From the NCBI RefSeq assembly GCF_009914755.1, contig NC_060941.1: a DNA stretch of 64,000 nucleotides; one strand, 5' to 3'. The DNA is from the human T2T-CHM13v2.0 reference genome, Homo sapiens. The notes under the pieces were generated by a model, which saw only the letters and a list, made by a program, of their open reading frames with translations, made no database searches and was not told the DNA's origin. Below, in pieces: positions 1 to 16,001 of this stretch. A program made the translations under genes and the position numbers. Position 1 is the stretch's first letter, and each line of letters starts with the position of its first letter.

Positions 1-814
1 CCTGGAGTAGAGGGATTTCCGAGAGACTGTGGGCTCCAGCCTTCACCTAGGCCCAGGACTAGGATGCCTGCCCTAACATTTATCTTTATACCTTAAAGCA
101 AAACAGCTGGACCATAAGCATTCAAGAACAAACTGTGAATAAGGAGAAAGTTCTCCCAGGAAACAAGAGCTTTAGTTATGTTGGGCCAGCCCTTATATTC
201 CTTAGCTGTTACCAGTCACTGCTTGATTTAATCTCGGCTATCACTTGGCCTGACAGGTCTGCTGCTGGTGCCAGGATGTCTGGGTTTTGAAGCCTGGCTC
301 CATTACATACTTCCTGTGTGACCTTGGGCAACTTACTCAACCTGTCTGTTCCTCAGTTTCCCCAGCTGTATTATGTCAGCATAATAGTTTGTTGTGTGAA
401 TTAAATGAGGTAATAACTGGAAATGCTTCAAACATGGTTCCTATCATGAGAAATCCTGCTTTCCGCCTAAATGTGCTGGAAAATTCCTGGTGGTGCAGAA
501 CAGGAGACCAGAGCAAAGGAAAGACAGGGTGCAGAAGCCAAAAATTACCTTGGAGAACAAAGCGCATGTTAAGGTTATTTTTGGATTCTAGGTTTATCTC
601 TGCTTGGTCTTCAGTTACCTGCAAGAGATCCATTTAGGGGATTTTTGTTTGTTTTTAACGATAGCTTTATTGAGATATAATTCATATGCCATAAAAGTCA
701 CTCTTTTAAAATGTTTCCGGTATATTCACAAGGCTGTGCAGCCTTCCCTGTCCTTGATTCCAGTCTGAGTTTTTAACTGAAGGGATAAGGAGGACCACGC
801 TTTCCCCAGACCAG

Positions 815-1030
815 AACCGCGGGCCAGGGGGCGATTCCGCTGAGTCACCGCGGGCGCCTGGTGCGCGGCGGCGGAGCCCGGGACCTTCCTTGGCTGCCCC
901 CTAGCGAGGGCCGCAGCGCAGCCTGAGACACCCGCCGGGGCCGCTCCACGGCCGTCGGATTTAGACTGGAAGCTCGGTCCAGGTCCCCAGCTTGATGCGC
1001 CCGCGGTGTAGGAGACCAGCCCGACTCGAG
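815..1030. promoter_or_regulatory. CpG-rich intronic element with AP-1/ARE motif (GCTGAGTCAC 839-848)
   Basis: Local CpG cluster in a CpG-poor background; TGAGTCA at 841-847; CTCF-like CCAGGGGGCG at 824-833. Confidence 0.7.
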
Positions 1031-2312
1031 CTTCCCCTGAGCCCCTGGACTCTTGACTCCAGCAGGGCCTGGGTAATGAACGTCAGCTCCCCTTTCCCAA
1101 AGGGGTTGCTCTGTTGGGAAGGCACCCGTTTGATACAGTAGCATAGAGATGGGTTTTAGCATCAAAATATCAGAATTCAAGCCTTGCTCTCTGCTTACTA
1201 GCTGTGTGACCCTAAAAAGGTTTCTGAACGTCTCTGAGCTTCAGTTTCCTCATCATTCCTTCTCACGGGGTGGTTGTGAGCATTACAGAGATCCTCTCTG
1301 TGAAGCCCCTGTGAGTGGCTCATCCTGAGGGCTGAAATAAACATGTTATTAATAATCCAAAACTGGCAAGGGATGTTGACTGGTCCCCCTCCCTTGCCCA
1401 AGGAGCTTTCTAGAACCTGAGTTATCATTACCAAACTGTACTGCCTTGAGTAAGAAAGTTAGAAGGAATGGGAAGGATGGTGGCAGGTGGAGGAAGGCGG
1501 ATTGGTCATCACCTCCTTGCAGCAAGAAACAGCCCCAGATCGTGGGAAACCTACAGACCTGCTAGACAGACTAGGAGCAAAAGCTGGGGCTTTAAGAATC
1601 CCCAGGGAGGTTCTCCTGAGAGAGTAGCCAGTTGGATTTTGTAAGCAGAGATTTGTTTGGGGAGGAGGTGACAACGTAGGGAGCAGAGGGGCAAAGCTGT
1701 CGGGAATCCTGCCTTGAGGGCAGGGATGTGTGTTGGGGGGAGTTGGGTCACTGGGGCTCGGTGGCCTTGGGCAAGTTTCTACCTCTCAGGTCCTTTACCC
1801 ACCTAGGGTCGCCATCCTGCCCACCTCACAGGTTACAGTGAGCCTGGATGCACTGTCATGGGCAGGTGCCCAGGAAAATGGCAGACATGTTCCAAACAGC
1901 ACGCAGCATTCCCCAGTGATGCCCAGGGTCACCTTGGAGGTGGGCGAGATGCCTGGGGTTTCTCGTCCACCCCACAACACCTCAGGGGACAGCCAAAGCT
2001 GTCCCTTCAGGTAAGCTGCACAGAAGATGTGAACTCTGCTGCAAAGACTCTATTCTTTGGGAGCAAAAGGGACCCAGGGTCTCACCTGCACATCCCTGTC
2101 CCTGAGGGCCTAGGGGTTCTTGGAGGCCCCAGCCTTGGCAAAATGAGGAAGAAGGTGAAGGTTGTCTGGGCCCCTGCCAGGCTCCTTCCTCGGCCACGCA
2201 CTCCCCTTCCTGCACACACACCCTTCTCCCTCCACCCCATCTCCATTGTTGTCAGAAAAGTCACAATAAAAAGGTCCATATTGTCTAGTTCCCATACTTT
2301 TAATTTTTAAAA

Positions 2313-2618
2313 TTTTATTTATTTATTTATTTATGTATTTTTTGAGACAGAGTCTTAACCCAGGCTGGAGTTCAGTGGCATGATCTAGGCTCACTGCAAC
2401 CTCTCCCTCCTGGGTTCAAGTGATTCTCATGCCTCAGCCTCCCGAGTAGCTGAGATTACAGATATGTGCCACTATGCCCAGCTAATTTTTGTATTTTTAG
2501 TAGAGACGGGGTTTCACCATGTTGGCCAGGCTGGTCTCGAACTCCTGGCCTCAAGTGATCTGCCTGCCTGAGCCTCCGGAAGTGCTGGGATTTCAGGTGT
2601 GAGCCACCGCACTCGGCT
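2313..2618 (-). mobile_element. Alu
   Basis: Full antisense Alu with (TTTA)n tail. Confidence 0.93.
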
Positions 2619-2639
2619 CCACACTTTTCACTTATTAAA

Positions 2640-3050
2640 AGACTGTGGTGTCCATCAATGGATGAATGAATAAACCAATGTGGACTATCCCTCCCATTAC
2701 CCAAGGAATGAAGCACGGAGCCGTGCCAAGATCTGGATTCACAGTGAAAGAAGCCAGTCACCAAAAGCCACGTGCTGTGTGACTTCCCTTATACGAAATA
2801 TCCAGAAGAGATACATCCATGGTGACAGAAAGTAGATGAGCAGCTGGGGACTGGCGAAGGGGAGAAGGGGGAGCAGCTGTCTATGAGGTCCAGCCTTTCT
2901 TCTGGGTTTGGTGAGAATGTTTTGGAACTAGATAGAGGTGATAGTTGTACAACATTGTGAATGTACTAAATGCCACTGAATCATTCATTTTAAATCGTTC
3001 TTTACGTTGCATGAATTTTAAGTCAATCAAAAACAGTTGTTTGAAAAGAG
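2640..3050 (+). mobile_element. Old L1M 3' fragment
   Basis: tgtccatcaatggatgaatg... and ggtgatagttgtacaac... motifs. Confidence 0.65.
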
Positions 3051-3535
3051 AAAAGCCTATGGGTAGCGGCAGCAGTGATTGGATTTATGATTCGATTCCA
3101 TGGCTCATCCCTCCCCTGCCTCACCCCCTCGCCCTCCGACGTCTTCTTCTTTTACTCTGAACTGTTATCTTTGTTCTCATCTCTCTCTCTCTCTCTCAAC
3201 CCTGCAGACACTTTTCCCTTTCTTTGTCTGCCCCCACCCTCCAGATTTCCGTGTCTCCAGTGTCTCCCTACGAGGCATGAATTGAGACTGGGAGGGTGTG
3301 ATTCTGAAGAAGGCACCAACAGTGACTCAGCTAGCCCCTTCCCCCACCCCGCCCCCCGGGCCTCAATTTAGCTAAAAAACCACAGGGACGGACTCAGGAG
3401 GCAATACCTTTCCAAGGGTCCCTAAAAAATGTCCCATTTTAGTGTCCAGGTTTCACTCAACTTTAGTGCCTCCCCTAAAATGTGTTCCTTACCTCCCACC
3501 CCACTGCATCTAAGTCACTGCCTGAGAAAACAGGA

Positions 3536-3595
3536 TTGAGGAAAGGAGAAAGGAAGAGAGAGAGAGAGGAGGAGAGAGAGAGAGAGGGAGGAAGG
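3536..3595. repeat. GA-rich simple repeat
   Basis: (GA)n / GGA purine run. Confidence 0.8.
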
Positions 3596-3670
3596 CTGAT
3601 GGATTTAGAAAAGAAGAAAACAAGTGGTCTGAGGAAAACAGCCTTGGTGTGTTTATTTTCCTGTCTGTGT

Positions 3671-3705
3671 ATCGCTTCTCGGCCTTTTGGCTAAGATCAA
3701 GTGTA
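3671..3705 (+). pseudogene. 3'-truncated U2 snRNA retrocopy (U2 nt 1-35)
   Basis: ATCGCTTCTCGGCCTTTTGGCTAAGATCAAGTGTA matches the U2 5' end; flanked by the 17-bp direct repeat TATTTTCCTGTCTGTGT (3654-3670, 3704-3720). Confidence 0.95.
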
Positions 3706-4158
3706 TTTTCCTGTCTGTGTGTCTCGCTTAGATTACAGGGATCTGTGGGTGATGACACGTCTGGTCCAGGCTGCGTAGTCACCTCAAGGGCATGCTTATT
3801 GATGTGTTTTTCAATTCACTATCTTTGCATGGGAGTCCCAGGCCAAGAGGCACAGCTGCGCCATTTGTCTGTTGGTTTAGATATCCTTTATCCAGTTCTT
3901 CCAGAGAAATCATCCTGCCCTTCTGGAGGAGGTGGGCAGCAGGGGTCAGAGATGGGAGGGAAAGGAAGGAGCCAGGTCCTTGGCTAGGATGCCAGGGTCC
4001 CCTGCCTCTCACCTGGCCTGGGCTGGAGGCCTCCTGCTGTCCTGTCACTGATCACTACCCCGCCCCAGCCTCCTGAGTTAGAAGACACAGGCTAAAGTAG
4101 AGTATTTCTTCATTGAAAAACCCATACAAAATAAAGGTTCATAAAAAATAAAAATTTA

Positions 4159-4330
4159 GACTGGGTGCTGTGGCTCACACCTGTGATCCCAGCACTTTGG
4201 GAGGCCAAGGCAGGTGGATCGCTTGAGCCCTGGGGTTCATGACCAGCCTGGGCAACATAGTGAAACCCCATCTCTACAAAAAATACAAAAAATTAGCCAG
4301 GCATGGTGGTGCATACCTGTGGTCCCAGCT
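4159..4330 (+). mobile_element. Partial Alu (left arm)
   Basis: Consensus match ending after the linker. Confidence 0.85.
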
Positions 4331-4659
4331 TCTCAGCCTATGGACCCACATAGAATACAATGTCAGCATAAGAAGGGAGCCCTGGGGTCACCAAATGGTT
4401 TGGGCGGCAAAGAACCTGAAGGTTGAGAGAAGTGGCTTGGTTACCCAGCTGTTGGATGTGAGACCTGGCCACTGCTTCTTCCATACCCTAGACCTGCACC
4501 CTGACATCTCAAGTAAAAAGTTGGGGGATGTTTTATGGTCCAGGATGAAGGAAGGGCAGTGAGGGGCAGCGGAGCATCACTTTGCATTTCTGTCTGCCTC
4601 TTACTGGCTGTGTGACCTGGGGCAGGTAACTTCCCAGACTCCTGGGAATCATAACACCT

Positions 4660-4695
<36 letters not shown>
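4660..4695. repeat. (ATG)12 microsatellite
   Basis: 12 perfect ATG units. Confidence 0.95.
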
Positions 4696-4696
<1 letters not shown>

Positions 4697-5711
4697 CACC
4701 TACCTCAAGGATTGCCCTGAAGGGTCACAGAGATGCCTGCAAGGCACCTGCATGGAGCAAGCGCCCCTTCTCTGGCAGGTGCTGGGTGAGCACTACCTGC
4801 TGCCAGGCCCTGGGGCTATGGCACTGCGTGACCCTGCAAGTCCTACCTGGCGAAGCTGTCGTTCTTGTGCTCAGTCAGTGTTGGTTGTAAGACTGAGAAG
4901 AGTCACTTCATTTTGCTCTCCAGGGACATCTTTCTGGGTCCTATTTTCTGCCTATGTCAAGTAGCGCCTCAAGGATGCTCCTGAAAATGGGCTTGTCTTT
5001 CTTAACATGGCAGGTAGGTCCCAAAGCATTAGCATGGGGCAGCTGACCTAGCCCAGCCAATGCAGTGCAGTGACTCTTGCAACCGAGTCTAATCAGAAGG
5101 TCCATGAACCTACGAGCATTTCCTGTCCCAGGATCAGGGTGGAGGCTGAGCCTCCCTGCTTAGAGATTCTTCCCATGCATTCCACTTTTTTCCCCAAAAG
5201 AAAATATTGACCCTTGAGAGGCACACAGTTTATTTATTTTGCATAGTAAATAGTAGCCTGTATTTTAAGGATGAGTTGATTTCTGCATCAGCCCCTGTAG
5301 GTCATCAGCCTTCTATTGGTGCATCTGACTCTCTCTAGCCCTGCAGGGATGGTGGAGGGGGAGGGGAAGGAGGGATCTTTATTGGAAACCAGGACAGTGA
5401 GACTCATTGCCCTGTCATCTGCTCTGTGGTGCTGAATGAGGCAGCCCAACAGAGAAATACCCTGAGCGAGCATCCCCAGCCTCCAAAACAGTGGCGCATT
5501 GCCCTGAGTCCTGGGAATGACCTTTGATTCTCCTGCTCCTGACTTGGAACCCATGGAAACCTCTAGAAGCAGCTGAGGAAAACCCAACATGAAAAGCAGA
5601 ACTCCACACTGAGAATATAGGAGGTGATCGGAACATACAATGATTCTTGCTAAGACCGATTCACAGTTTTTCTTTTTTTTCGATCGAAGAAATACTGGAG
5701 AAGCCTAAAGA

Positions 5712-6022
5712 AGGAGTCTAAAAACTCTGGCACGTGGGCCAAAACTGTCCTTGAGCTAAGAATGATTTTCACATTTTTAAGTGGTTGAAAAATGAAATAA
5801 AATAAGATGATGTTTTGTGACACATGAAAGCTATGGGAAATTCAAATTCTAATATCTATAAATAGTGTTTTATCAGAACACAGTCATGCTCATTTATTTA
5901 TGCTCGATGGCTGCTTTCCCGCTACAATTACGTTGAGCAGTTACAACAGAGACCACGTGGCCCACAAAGCCTTACAATATTTACTATCTGGCCCTTTCCA
6001 GAAAAAAATGTGCCGACTCTTG
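5712..6022. mobile_element. MER58-like hAT-Charlie remnant
   Basis: gtgggccaaa ... ggcccacaaagcc ... atatttactatctggcccttt end motifs. Confidence 0.65.
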
Positions 6023-6024
6023 AC

Positions 6025-6340
<316 letters not shown>

Positions 6341-6360
6341 TTAAAATTATAATGAAAGCT

Positions 6361-6717
<357 letters not shown>

Positions 6718-7302
6718 CTAGAGCTCATTAAGTCAAATGAGTCACCAGTTAGTAAAACGCAGTCACGGGGAAGAGAGGGCAGGATTCTTTGAAGCAGCGG
6801 CTCTCCTAAAAACAACCCACCCTTGTCCAGCTGCCTTCCCTCCTGAGGGTGTTCCCTTTGACTGTGTGACCCCCATCCCCTATTTCCCAACCGTCCAAGC
6901 CCACCTCTAGCATAATACGAGCTTTTAATCCCTCTCCCTGACCCCAACCCGATTTTGAAGCCCAGTCTAGTATTTTCTCAAATACACTTCTTGGCTCCAT
7001 TCCTTCCTTTCCATCACCTCTGCCTTTTCACTGCATGCTTGGACCACTGCAGTCAGCTCCCTATGAACAGTTGCTCTCTACCCATCCAATCGGCCCCGCC
7101 TGCTGCTGCCAAATTCACCGAGGGCACCTCTGTGGTGCTGCCTGTGGACAAAGTCCAAGCCAGCCACCTCACCCACCTACAGGTGAGTGGGGAGCAGCCA
7201 GCGTGTCCAGTGGTTTACCCCATCGCCACAGACTTGGTGATGTGTCGATGTGCAGAGAAGGGGTGTTGGCAGCCACAACACAAGCAACCCCGCCCCATGT
7301 GA

Positions 7303-7697
<395 letters not shown>

Positions 7698-8211
7698 TCC
7701 TTCCATTTAAATGTATGCCTAATTTGCCCATTGAGAACGGCTGAGACGCATTTTAAGTGGCCAGGGTCTACTTAGAGTTAGTGCTCATGACCAGGCCCAG
7801 GTCAAGCCTGGCTGGCCAGATGGTGCCTTTGACCTGCTCTGTCTCTGTGCAAAGGAATGAGCTGAAGGATGGGGGTGCAGTGTGTGGGCAGTGGGCTGGG
7901 GCTGGCAGGACTCAGTGACTAAGGGAAGAGAACTTTCCTCACTACCAGCCTGTCTTTTCAGGGCACCGCGGGGGGCTTTGGGACTTGGTGATGAACACAG
8001 CACAGAGAGCTGTCCAGCATGCGGGTCCCTGGCTTCTCACACTTCCCAGGCTCCTTCAGAGGCTCTCTCCAAAGGGAGCTGCTCTCTCTAGAACCCATGA
8101 ATTTGGAATATAGGCAACCACTGCATTGGGGACCACTGACCTCAAACATAGAGACCAGAGCAAATGGGGCTCATCACGTGAAACTCATCTGGAACTCTAG
8201 CAGGTTCTTTT

Positions 8212-9015
8212 ATATATATATATATATATATATATTTTTTATTATTATACTTTAAGTTCTAGGGTACATGTGCACAACATGCAGGTTTGTTACATATGTA
8301 TACATGTGCCATGTTGGTGTGCTGCACCCATTAATTCATCATTTACATTAGGTATATCTCCTAATGCTATCCCTCCCCACTCCCCCCACCCCACAACAGG
8401 CCCCAGTGTGTGATGTTCCCCTTCCTGTGTCCAAGTGTTCTCATTGTTCAATTCCCACCTACGAGTGAGAACATGCTGTGTTTGGTTTTTTTGTCCTTGC
8501 GATAGTTTGCTGAGAATGATGGTTTCCAGCTTCATCCATGTCCCTACAAAGGACATGAACTCATCATTTTTTATGGCTGCATAGTATTCCATGGTGTATA
8601 TGTGCCACATTTTCTTAATCCAGTCTATCATTGTTGGACATTTGGGTTGGTTCCAAGTCTTTGCTATTGTGAATAGTGCCGCAATAAACATACGTGTGCA
8701 TGTGTCTTTATAACAGCATGATTTATATTCCTTTGGTTATATACCCAGTAATGAGATGGCTGGGTCAAATGGTATTTCTAGTTCTAGATCCCTGAGGAAT
8801 CGCCACACTGTCTTCCACAATGGTTGAACTAGTTTACAGTCCTACCAACAGTGTAAAAGTGTTCCTATTTCTCCACATCCTCTCCAGCAGCTGTTGTTTC
8901 CTGACTTTTTAATGATCGCCATTCTAACTGGTGTGAGATGTTATCTCATGGTGGTTTTGATTTGCATTTCTCTGATGGCCAGTGATGATGAGCATTTTTT
9001 CACATGTCTGTTGGC
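8212..9015 (-). mobile_element. 5'-truncated L1PA (ORF2 C-terminus + 3'UTR)
   Basis: ORF2 fragment MFIAALFTIAKTWNQPKCP; TSD GAACTCTAGCAG(G/C)TTCTTTT at 8192-8211 and 9016-9035; tail decayed to (TA)n. Confidence 0.95.
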
Positions 9016-9239
9016 GAACTCTAGCAGCTTCTTTTCACAAGTTCATGGAGAGAGGTTTCCCACTGAGGGAATCACATCTGTCTGATCAAAAGAGGCTTGG
9101 GAAATGGCTCTCCTGTTCATTCCCTGAAAACCTCTGATGGAACCACTGCCACTGTGGCAGCCCCAGCACTGGCACCCCAGCCATGATTGGTGCCCCAGCC
9201 ACATCTCTGCTGTGAGCCCCAGAGCCCTGGTTAATTAAT

Positions 9240-10060
9240 CATCCACGTGTTGATGGGGAGAGGCCCATTCACAAAAGCGACATAAAGCCCAGGGAGACGT
9301 GGCCGTGGCAAGAAGGGTGTGGGACTACATTCCGCCCCCAACTGAGAGATTCAGAAACCAGAAAAAAATGGAAAAACATACTGTGCTCTTGGGTGGGAAA
9401 ACTAAATATCATGAAGGGAGCAATTTTTATAGTTTTGGCCTATAATACAATTCCAGCCGAAATCCCAGTGGAACTTTGAGAATTTGCAGGAAAAAAAAAA
9501 ATGTCTAAAGTACATCTGGAAGACAAACTTACAAGAAGGTCAAATAATTTTGAAAAAGAAAATGATATCTAAGCCCACCTAGAGAATAAGACTTGAGATC
9601 CAAAGCTAAATCAGGAGGCTCTAGCAAAATTGACAGATAAGCAGGACAGAGTGCATGGTGCATTCACCTGGGGAAGAGGGCAGATTGGTCTACAAATAGG
9701 CCTGGGTCCACTGACTTTAGCTGTTATATTTGGGGAGAAACTTTTCAACCTCACTCCATCTTAAACCTAAAAATATTCCAGATGAATTAATAAATATAAA
9801 AAATTAGACCACTAAAAATGTAGAAGAAAATGGATGATCTTTCTATACCATAGAGCAATGGAATAAATCACAAAGGAAAACAGATTTGACTATATAAAAC
9901 TTAAACCCTGCCCATCAAAAACCATCAGAAACCAAAATAAAAGGCAACCAACTGGAGAAGATAGTTGCCACAAATATGATCAAGGGTTAATGTTATTCAT
10001 AAATTAAGAGCCCACACAAGTCATTAGAATAAGCACTGAGACCTGAACAGACAAGCAAAA
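9240..10060 (+). mobile_element. Degenerate L1M ORF2 fragments
   Basis: A-rich sequence with L1 ORF2-like motifs. Confidence 0.5.
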
Positions 10061-10070
10061 AGAATGAGAG

Positions 10071-10720
<650 letters not shown>

Positions 10721-11159
10721 TTAAACAACTCTAGGATATCATTTAAAAAAACATTAATAGACTGTTTTTTAGAGCACTTTTAGGTTCACAGTGAAACTGA
10801 GTGGAAGGTACAGAGACTTCCCGTATGTTCCCTGCCCTCCACGTACAGCCTCCCCCACTGCCAACGTCCTGCACCAGAGTGGTACACTTGTTACAACCAA
10901 TGAATCCTCATTAACATATCATTATCACCCAAGTTCATAGTTTACATTAGTAAAACATCATCTTTCATCTATAAGCACAAAAATTTTTTGGCATTTATTT
11001 AGGTGTATGATTAACTCAGTGTTGACAAGACTCACACTTCATACCCACTTGCACTGCATCTGAGAAGCAATTGGTGTCTACAGCCGCTACACCCTCAACA
11101 AGCCCGATCTTGTTTGAAAAGCAATTGGTGATGCTTCTCAAAATTCTATGGACAAAGTC

Positions 11160-11426
<267 letters not shown>

Positions 11427-13192
11427 TTATGGACAAAGTTTTTCAAAAAGATATTTAATGCAACTTTATTTGTAATATTGGAACATCTGAGGCCATTTCA
11501 GTGCTAACTATTAGGGGATGGTTAGGAAAATATGGTACATATGTGGAAAGGAACATTTGGTAGTTAGTGCCCCTGATGTTTACAAAGGCTTTTAGTGACC
11601 AACAAATGCTCATGCTATAATCTTATGTGAAAAAAGCAAGTAGCATAATTGCAACTATATTTTTAATGCATAGAATAAAAGGCTAGAAGGAAATATCACA
11701 GATCCTTGACATACATTCCCAAACCTTTGTAAATCCGCGGATTCATGAAAACAGACACATTTGCACAAGTGCCTGATCTTTTCTGTTATACATTCATTAG
11801 AAGTCAAGCCCTGGTGCCACAAAGTATCTGCCTTTTCAAATGTGATCAGAATGTTCTCTTTTGCTTCAAGGCCATTTTTCACGAAGCAGTGGCATTTTTG
11901 CCTCTTCATCAGAGTCACCGTGTGCCCTGGAGGACTGAGAACAGCAGAGCCGTTTTAGGATGGGACAGGGCAGCCAGGAGGATTGGGCTCACTCCCTACT
12001 GAGTGCCTCACTCCCGTACAGCCCCCATAGAGGAAGAGGGGTTCAAATTTATTCCTCAGCCAGATGGCATGTGCCGCCTGTCCTGGAATTTCACATCACT
12101 TATGATGGACCAAAATTCCAAAAGCTGAATCCATGATTGTCAAAGTCTGGTATGGCAGGATGTCAACAGTAATCGTTTCTGGGCAGAGGGATGATTTTCT
12201 CTTCCCATCTTGCTTTGTATAAATACATTTTCTATAATAAGGTTGTATTACTTTTCTCATCAAGAAATAGCAAAGTACTGTTTTACTCAAAATATGAATA
12301 GAGCCAGGCATGGTGGCAGCTTATGCCTGTAATCCCAACACTTTGAGAGGCGGATATGGGAGGATCACTTTAGCCCAGGAGTTTGAGACCAGCCTGGGCA
12401 ACATAGTGAGACCCCCGTCCCCACTCCCCCAAAGAAAACCCACAAAGCATTTATCCTGGATTATTCACAGGGGCCAAAAAAAAAAAAAAATTCAGGCCTC
12501 CTATAGCCATGAGCTACGAATATGAAAATATGCAAATGTGTAAGAAAAGCCAGCACATCCGATTTTTACTTTTACTTTCACACCTCTGTCCACCATGTTC
12601 CAAGAGAAGAAACTTGGTCATTGAAAGGAATAGATCAAATCCAAAGAACAAAACCACTGTGCTCATTAAACTTCTTAGTGTTCACAAAGCTTTAGCTGCA
12701 GGTTGAATGGGGCAACCCGAATTGGCTGGCTCACCTGGGCTGCAGGGAGCAGAGATCGCGACACTGCACTCCAGCCTGGGCAACAAAGCGAGACTCTATC
12801 TCAAAAAAAAAAAAGTTCATAAATTCAAAGTTATGAATTATTTTTAAAATAATAATAATTTACAATAAAGATGAGGACAAAGTGTGAGTAAATGGTGGTT
12901 TCTATCCAGCTCTGTTGAGCTGAAGTGGCATCTCCCTGCTGGGGCTTTTGGGGAAGAAGGGTGTGTGTTGCTCTTCAGATCCCAAGCCTCATGCCCCTAC
13001 TGGGCCCTGTGGGGTGCTTCTCAGCCCACCAGGAGAGCCACCGTTGGAACACACACGTGGGGGACCTGGTGGGTGCCGGTGTGGTGAATGGGGGCCACAG
13101 CCTGACTCCAGGAAGCCAGCAAACTCGGAGCTGGAGGAGTCAGGACACCCCCGATGAGTCAAGAGTTGGTTTTGCTGCCAGTTGACATCTGA

Positions 13193-13706
<514 letters not shown>

Positions 13707-13952
13707 GTCACCTGGTGGTGTTGAATATGAACTGCTGCGGTGTTGGTAAATTAAGCAAGCAGATAGATGTAAATAACGCTTGGGCAGGAATATGGAGCAC
13801 GGGATGAGGATGGGCGGCCAACTGTTAGAGAGGGTAGCAGGGAGGCTGAGATCTGCCTGCCATGAACTGGGAGGAGAGGCTCCTCTCTCTCTTCACCCCC
13901 ACTCTGCCCCCCAACACTCCTCAGAACTTATCCTCTCCTCTTCTTTCCCCAG

Positions 13953-14104
<152 letters not shown>

Positions 14105-14202
14105 TAGTGGACAGCCATGCACAGCAGGCCCAGATCACTGCAAGCCAAGGGGTGGCGGGAACAGTTTGCATCCAGAATTGCAAAGAAATTTTAAATACAT
14201 TA

Positions 14203-14588
<386 letters not shown>

Positions 14589-15823
14589 TTTACCTTGAGT
14601 TACCCACATGAGTGAATGTAGGGACAGAGATTTTAGGGCCTTAACAATCTCTCAAATACAGGGTACTTTTTGAGGCATTAGCCACACCTGTTAGCTTATA
14701 AATCAGTGGTATTGATTAGCATGTAAAATATGTGACTTTAAACATTGCTTTTTATCTCTTACTTAGATCAGGCCTGAGTGGCCTCTCTTTAGCAAGAGTT
14801 GGTTAGCCCTGGGATTCTTACTGTAGCCACATTAATAAACAACATCGACTTCTAAACATTCTATAATACCATCTTTTGGCCAAATTGACTTCGCCTCTTC
14901 CTCTCTCTTTCCAAATGAAATGTGTTTCATTTCACTGTCAGACCACATGGTTGGGGACCCCACAGAGCACACAGCCCTCCCTCTGCCTTCCCATGCTGGC
15001 CCTTCACCCACTGCTGGAGTGCCAGGTTGGTCCAAGGGTTGGACCAAGTTGTCTGAGGTTGTCTCAAGGTTGGTCGAGGCTGTCTCCGCGCTGGGTTGTG
15101 CTACAAGGAGCCCTTCTTTCCATGGGTGTGGCTGGCAGTGAGTGCTCACAGCAACAGCCCACAGTGCAGCCCGAGGGCAGGATGGACTCAGTCCCTGCCT
15201 CCATACCCATTTCTAAGGAGGCAAAATGGCAAACACTCTACTTTTCTCTTTTAATGCTAAAAATAAGAAAACACCTTGCAGCCCAGGGTATGGGTAGTGC
15301 ATGGAAGCCGTGGAGTTGTGAGGTGGGAAGTGACCTCTGCTGGATATGTCTATTCAGGAAGATTGCTGGAGTGGGTGGGGTCTCTGGGAGGTCCCCTGAG
15401 TGTGGGAAGCTGGGACCACCAGCTTTCTCGCACAGGGAGTGGCCATCCCAGCTTGGAGAGGTTCCAGGACTGGTTGGGAGGCACGTTTCAGATTTCTATC
15501 TGTTGAATCAGCGAAGATATTGGATTATGAGGAATTTGGGAATTAGGAAAGTGGGTGCAGGTGGGTTGGGGGTAGGTGAAGGAAGACATGGGCGTATTGG
15601 GGGAGCAGGGGCTGCTCAGAGGTGTTCCAGAAGCTCTGGGTGAGGAGGTGAGAGGGACCGGGGAATGCAGCTCGGCCCAGCCTCCCTGCCTGAGGTCAGC
15701 CATCACGTGGTGATGGCAAGATGGAAATGTGCTTTCTGACTGCTCCAGCCAGTGCTGCCAGATTCAGCTCCCCAGGGAGGGCACCTGAGAGGCTCCAAGC
15801 CAGGAGATCTGTTTTCTCCTTTG

Positions 15824-16001
15824 TTTTGTTTTTTTTTGTTTTGTTTTGTTTTATTATACTTTAAGTTCTAGGGTACATGTGCACAACGTGCAGGTTTGTT
15901 ACATATGTATACATGTGCCATGTTGGTGTGCTGCACCCATCAACTTGTCATTTACATTAGGTATATCTCCTAATGCTATCCCTCCCCCCTCCCCCCACCC
16001 C
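15824..16001 (-). mobile_element. Very short L1PA 3' end
   Basis: Same 3'UTR as the L1 at 8212; perfect TSD CTGTTTTCTCCTTTG at 15809-15823 and 16002-16016. Confidence 0.93.

Noticed and set aside
3703-3712. Sm-site after the U2 fragment (TATTTTCC)
   Set aside because: Lacks the G closing the RAU(4-6)G consensus.
4660-4890. Poly-Met ORF
   Set aside because: Produced by an intronic (ATG)12 microsatellite; no splice or promoter support.
8290-8691. 133-aa ORF (and 57768-58058)
   Set aside because: L1 ORF2 C-terminal remnants, not genes.
14876-15643. 255-aa ORF in intron 1
   Set aside because: Non-ATG start, no recognisable homology or exon signals; plausible by chance.
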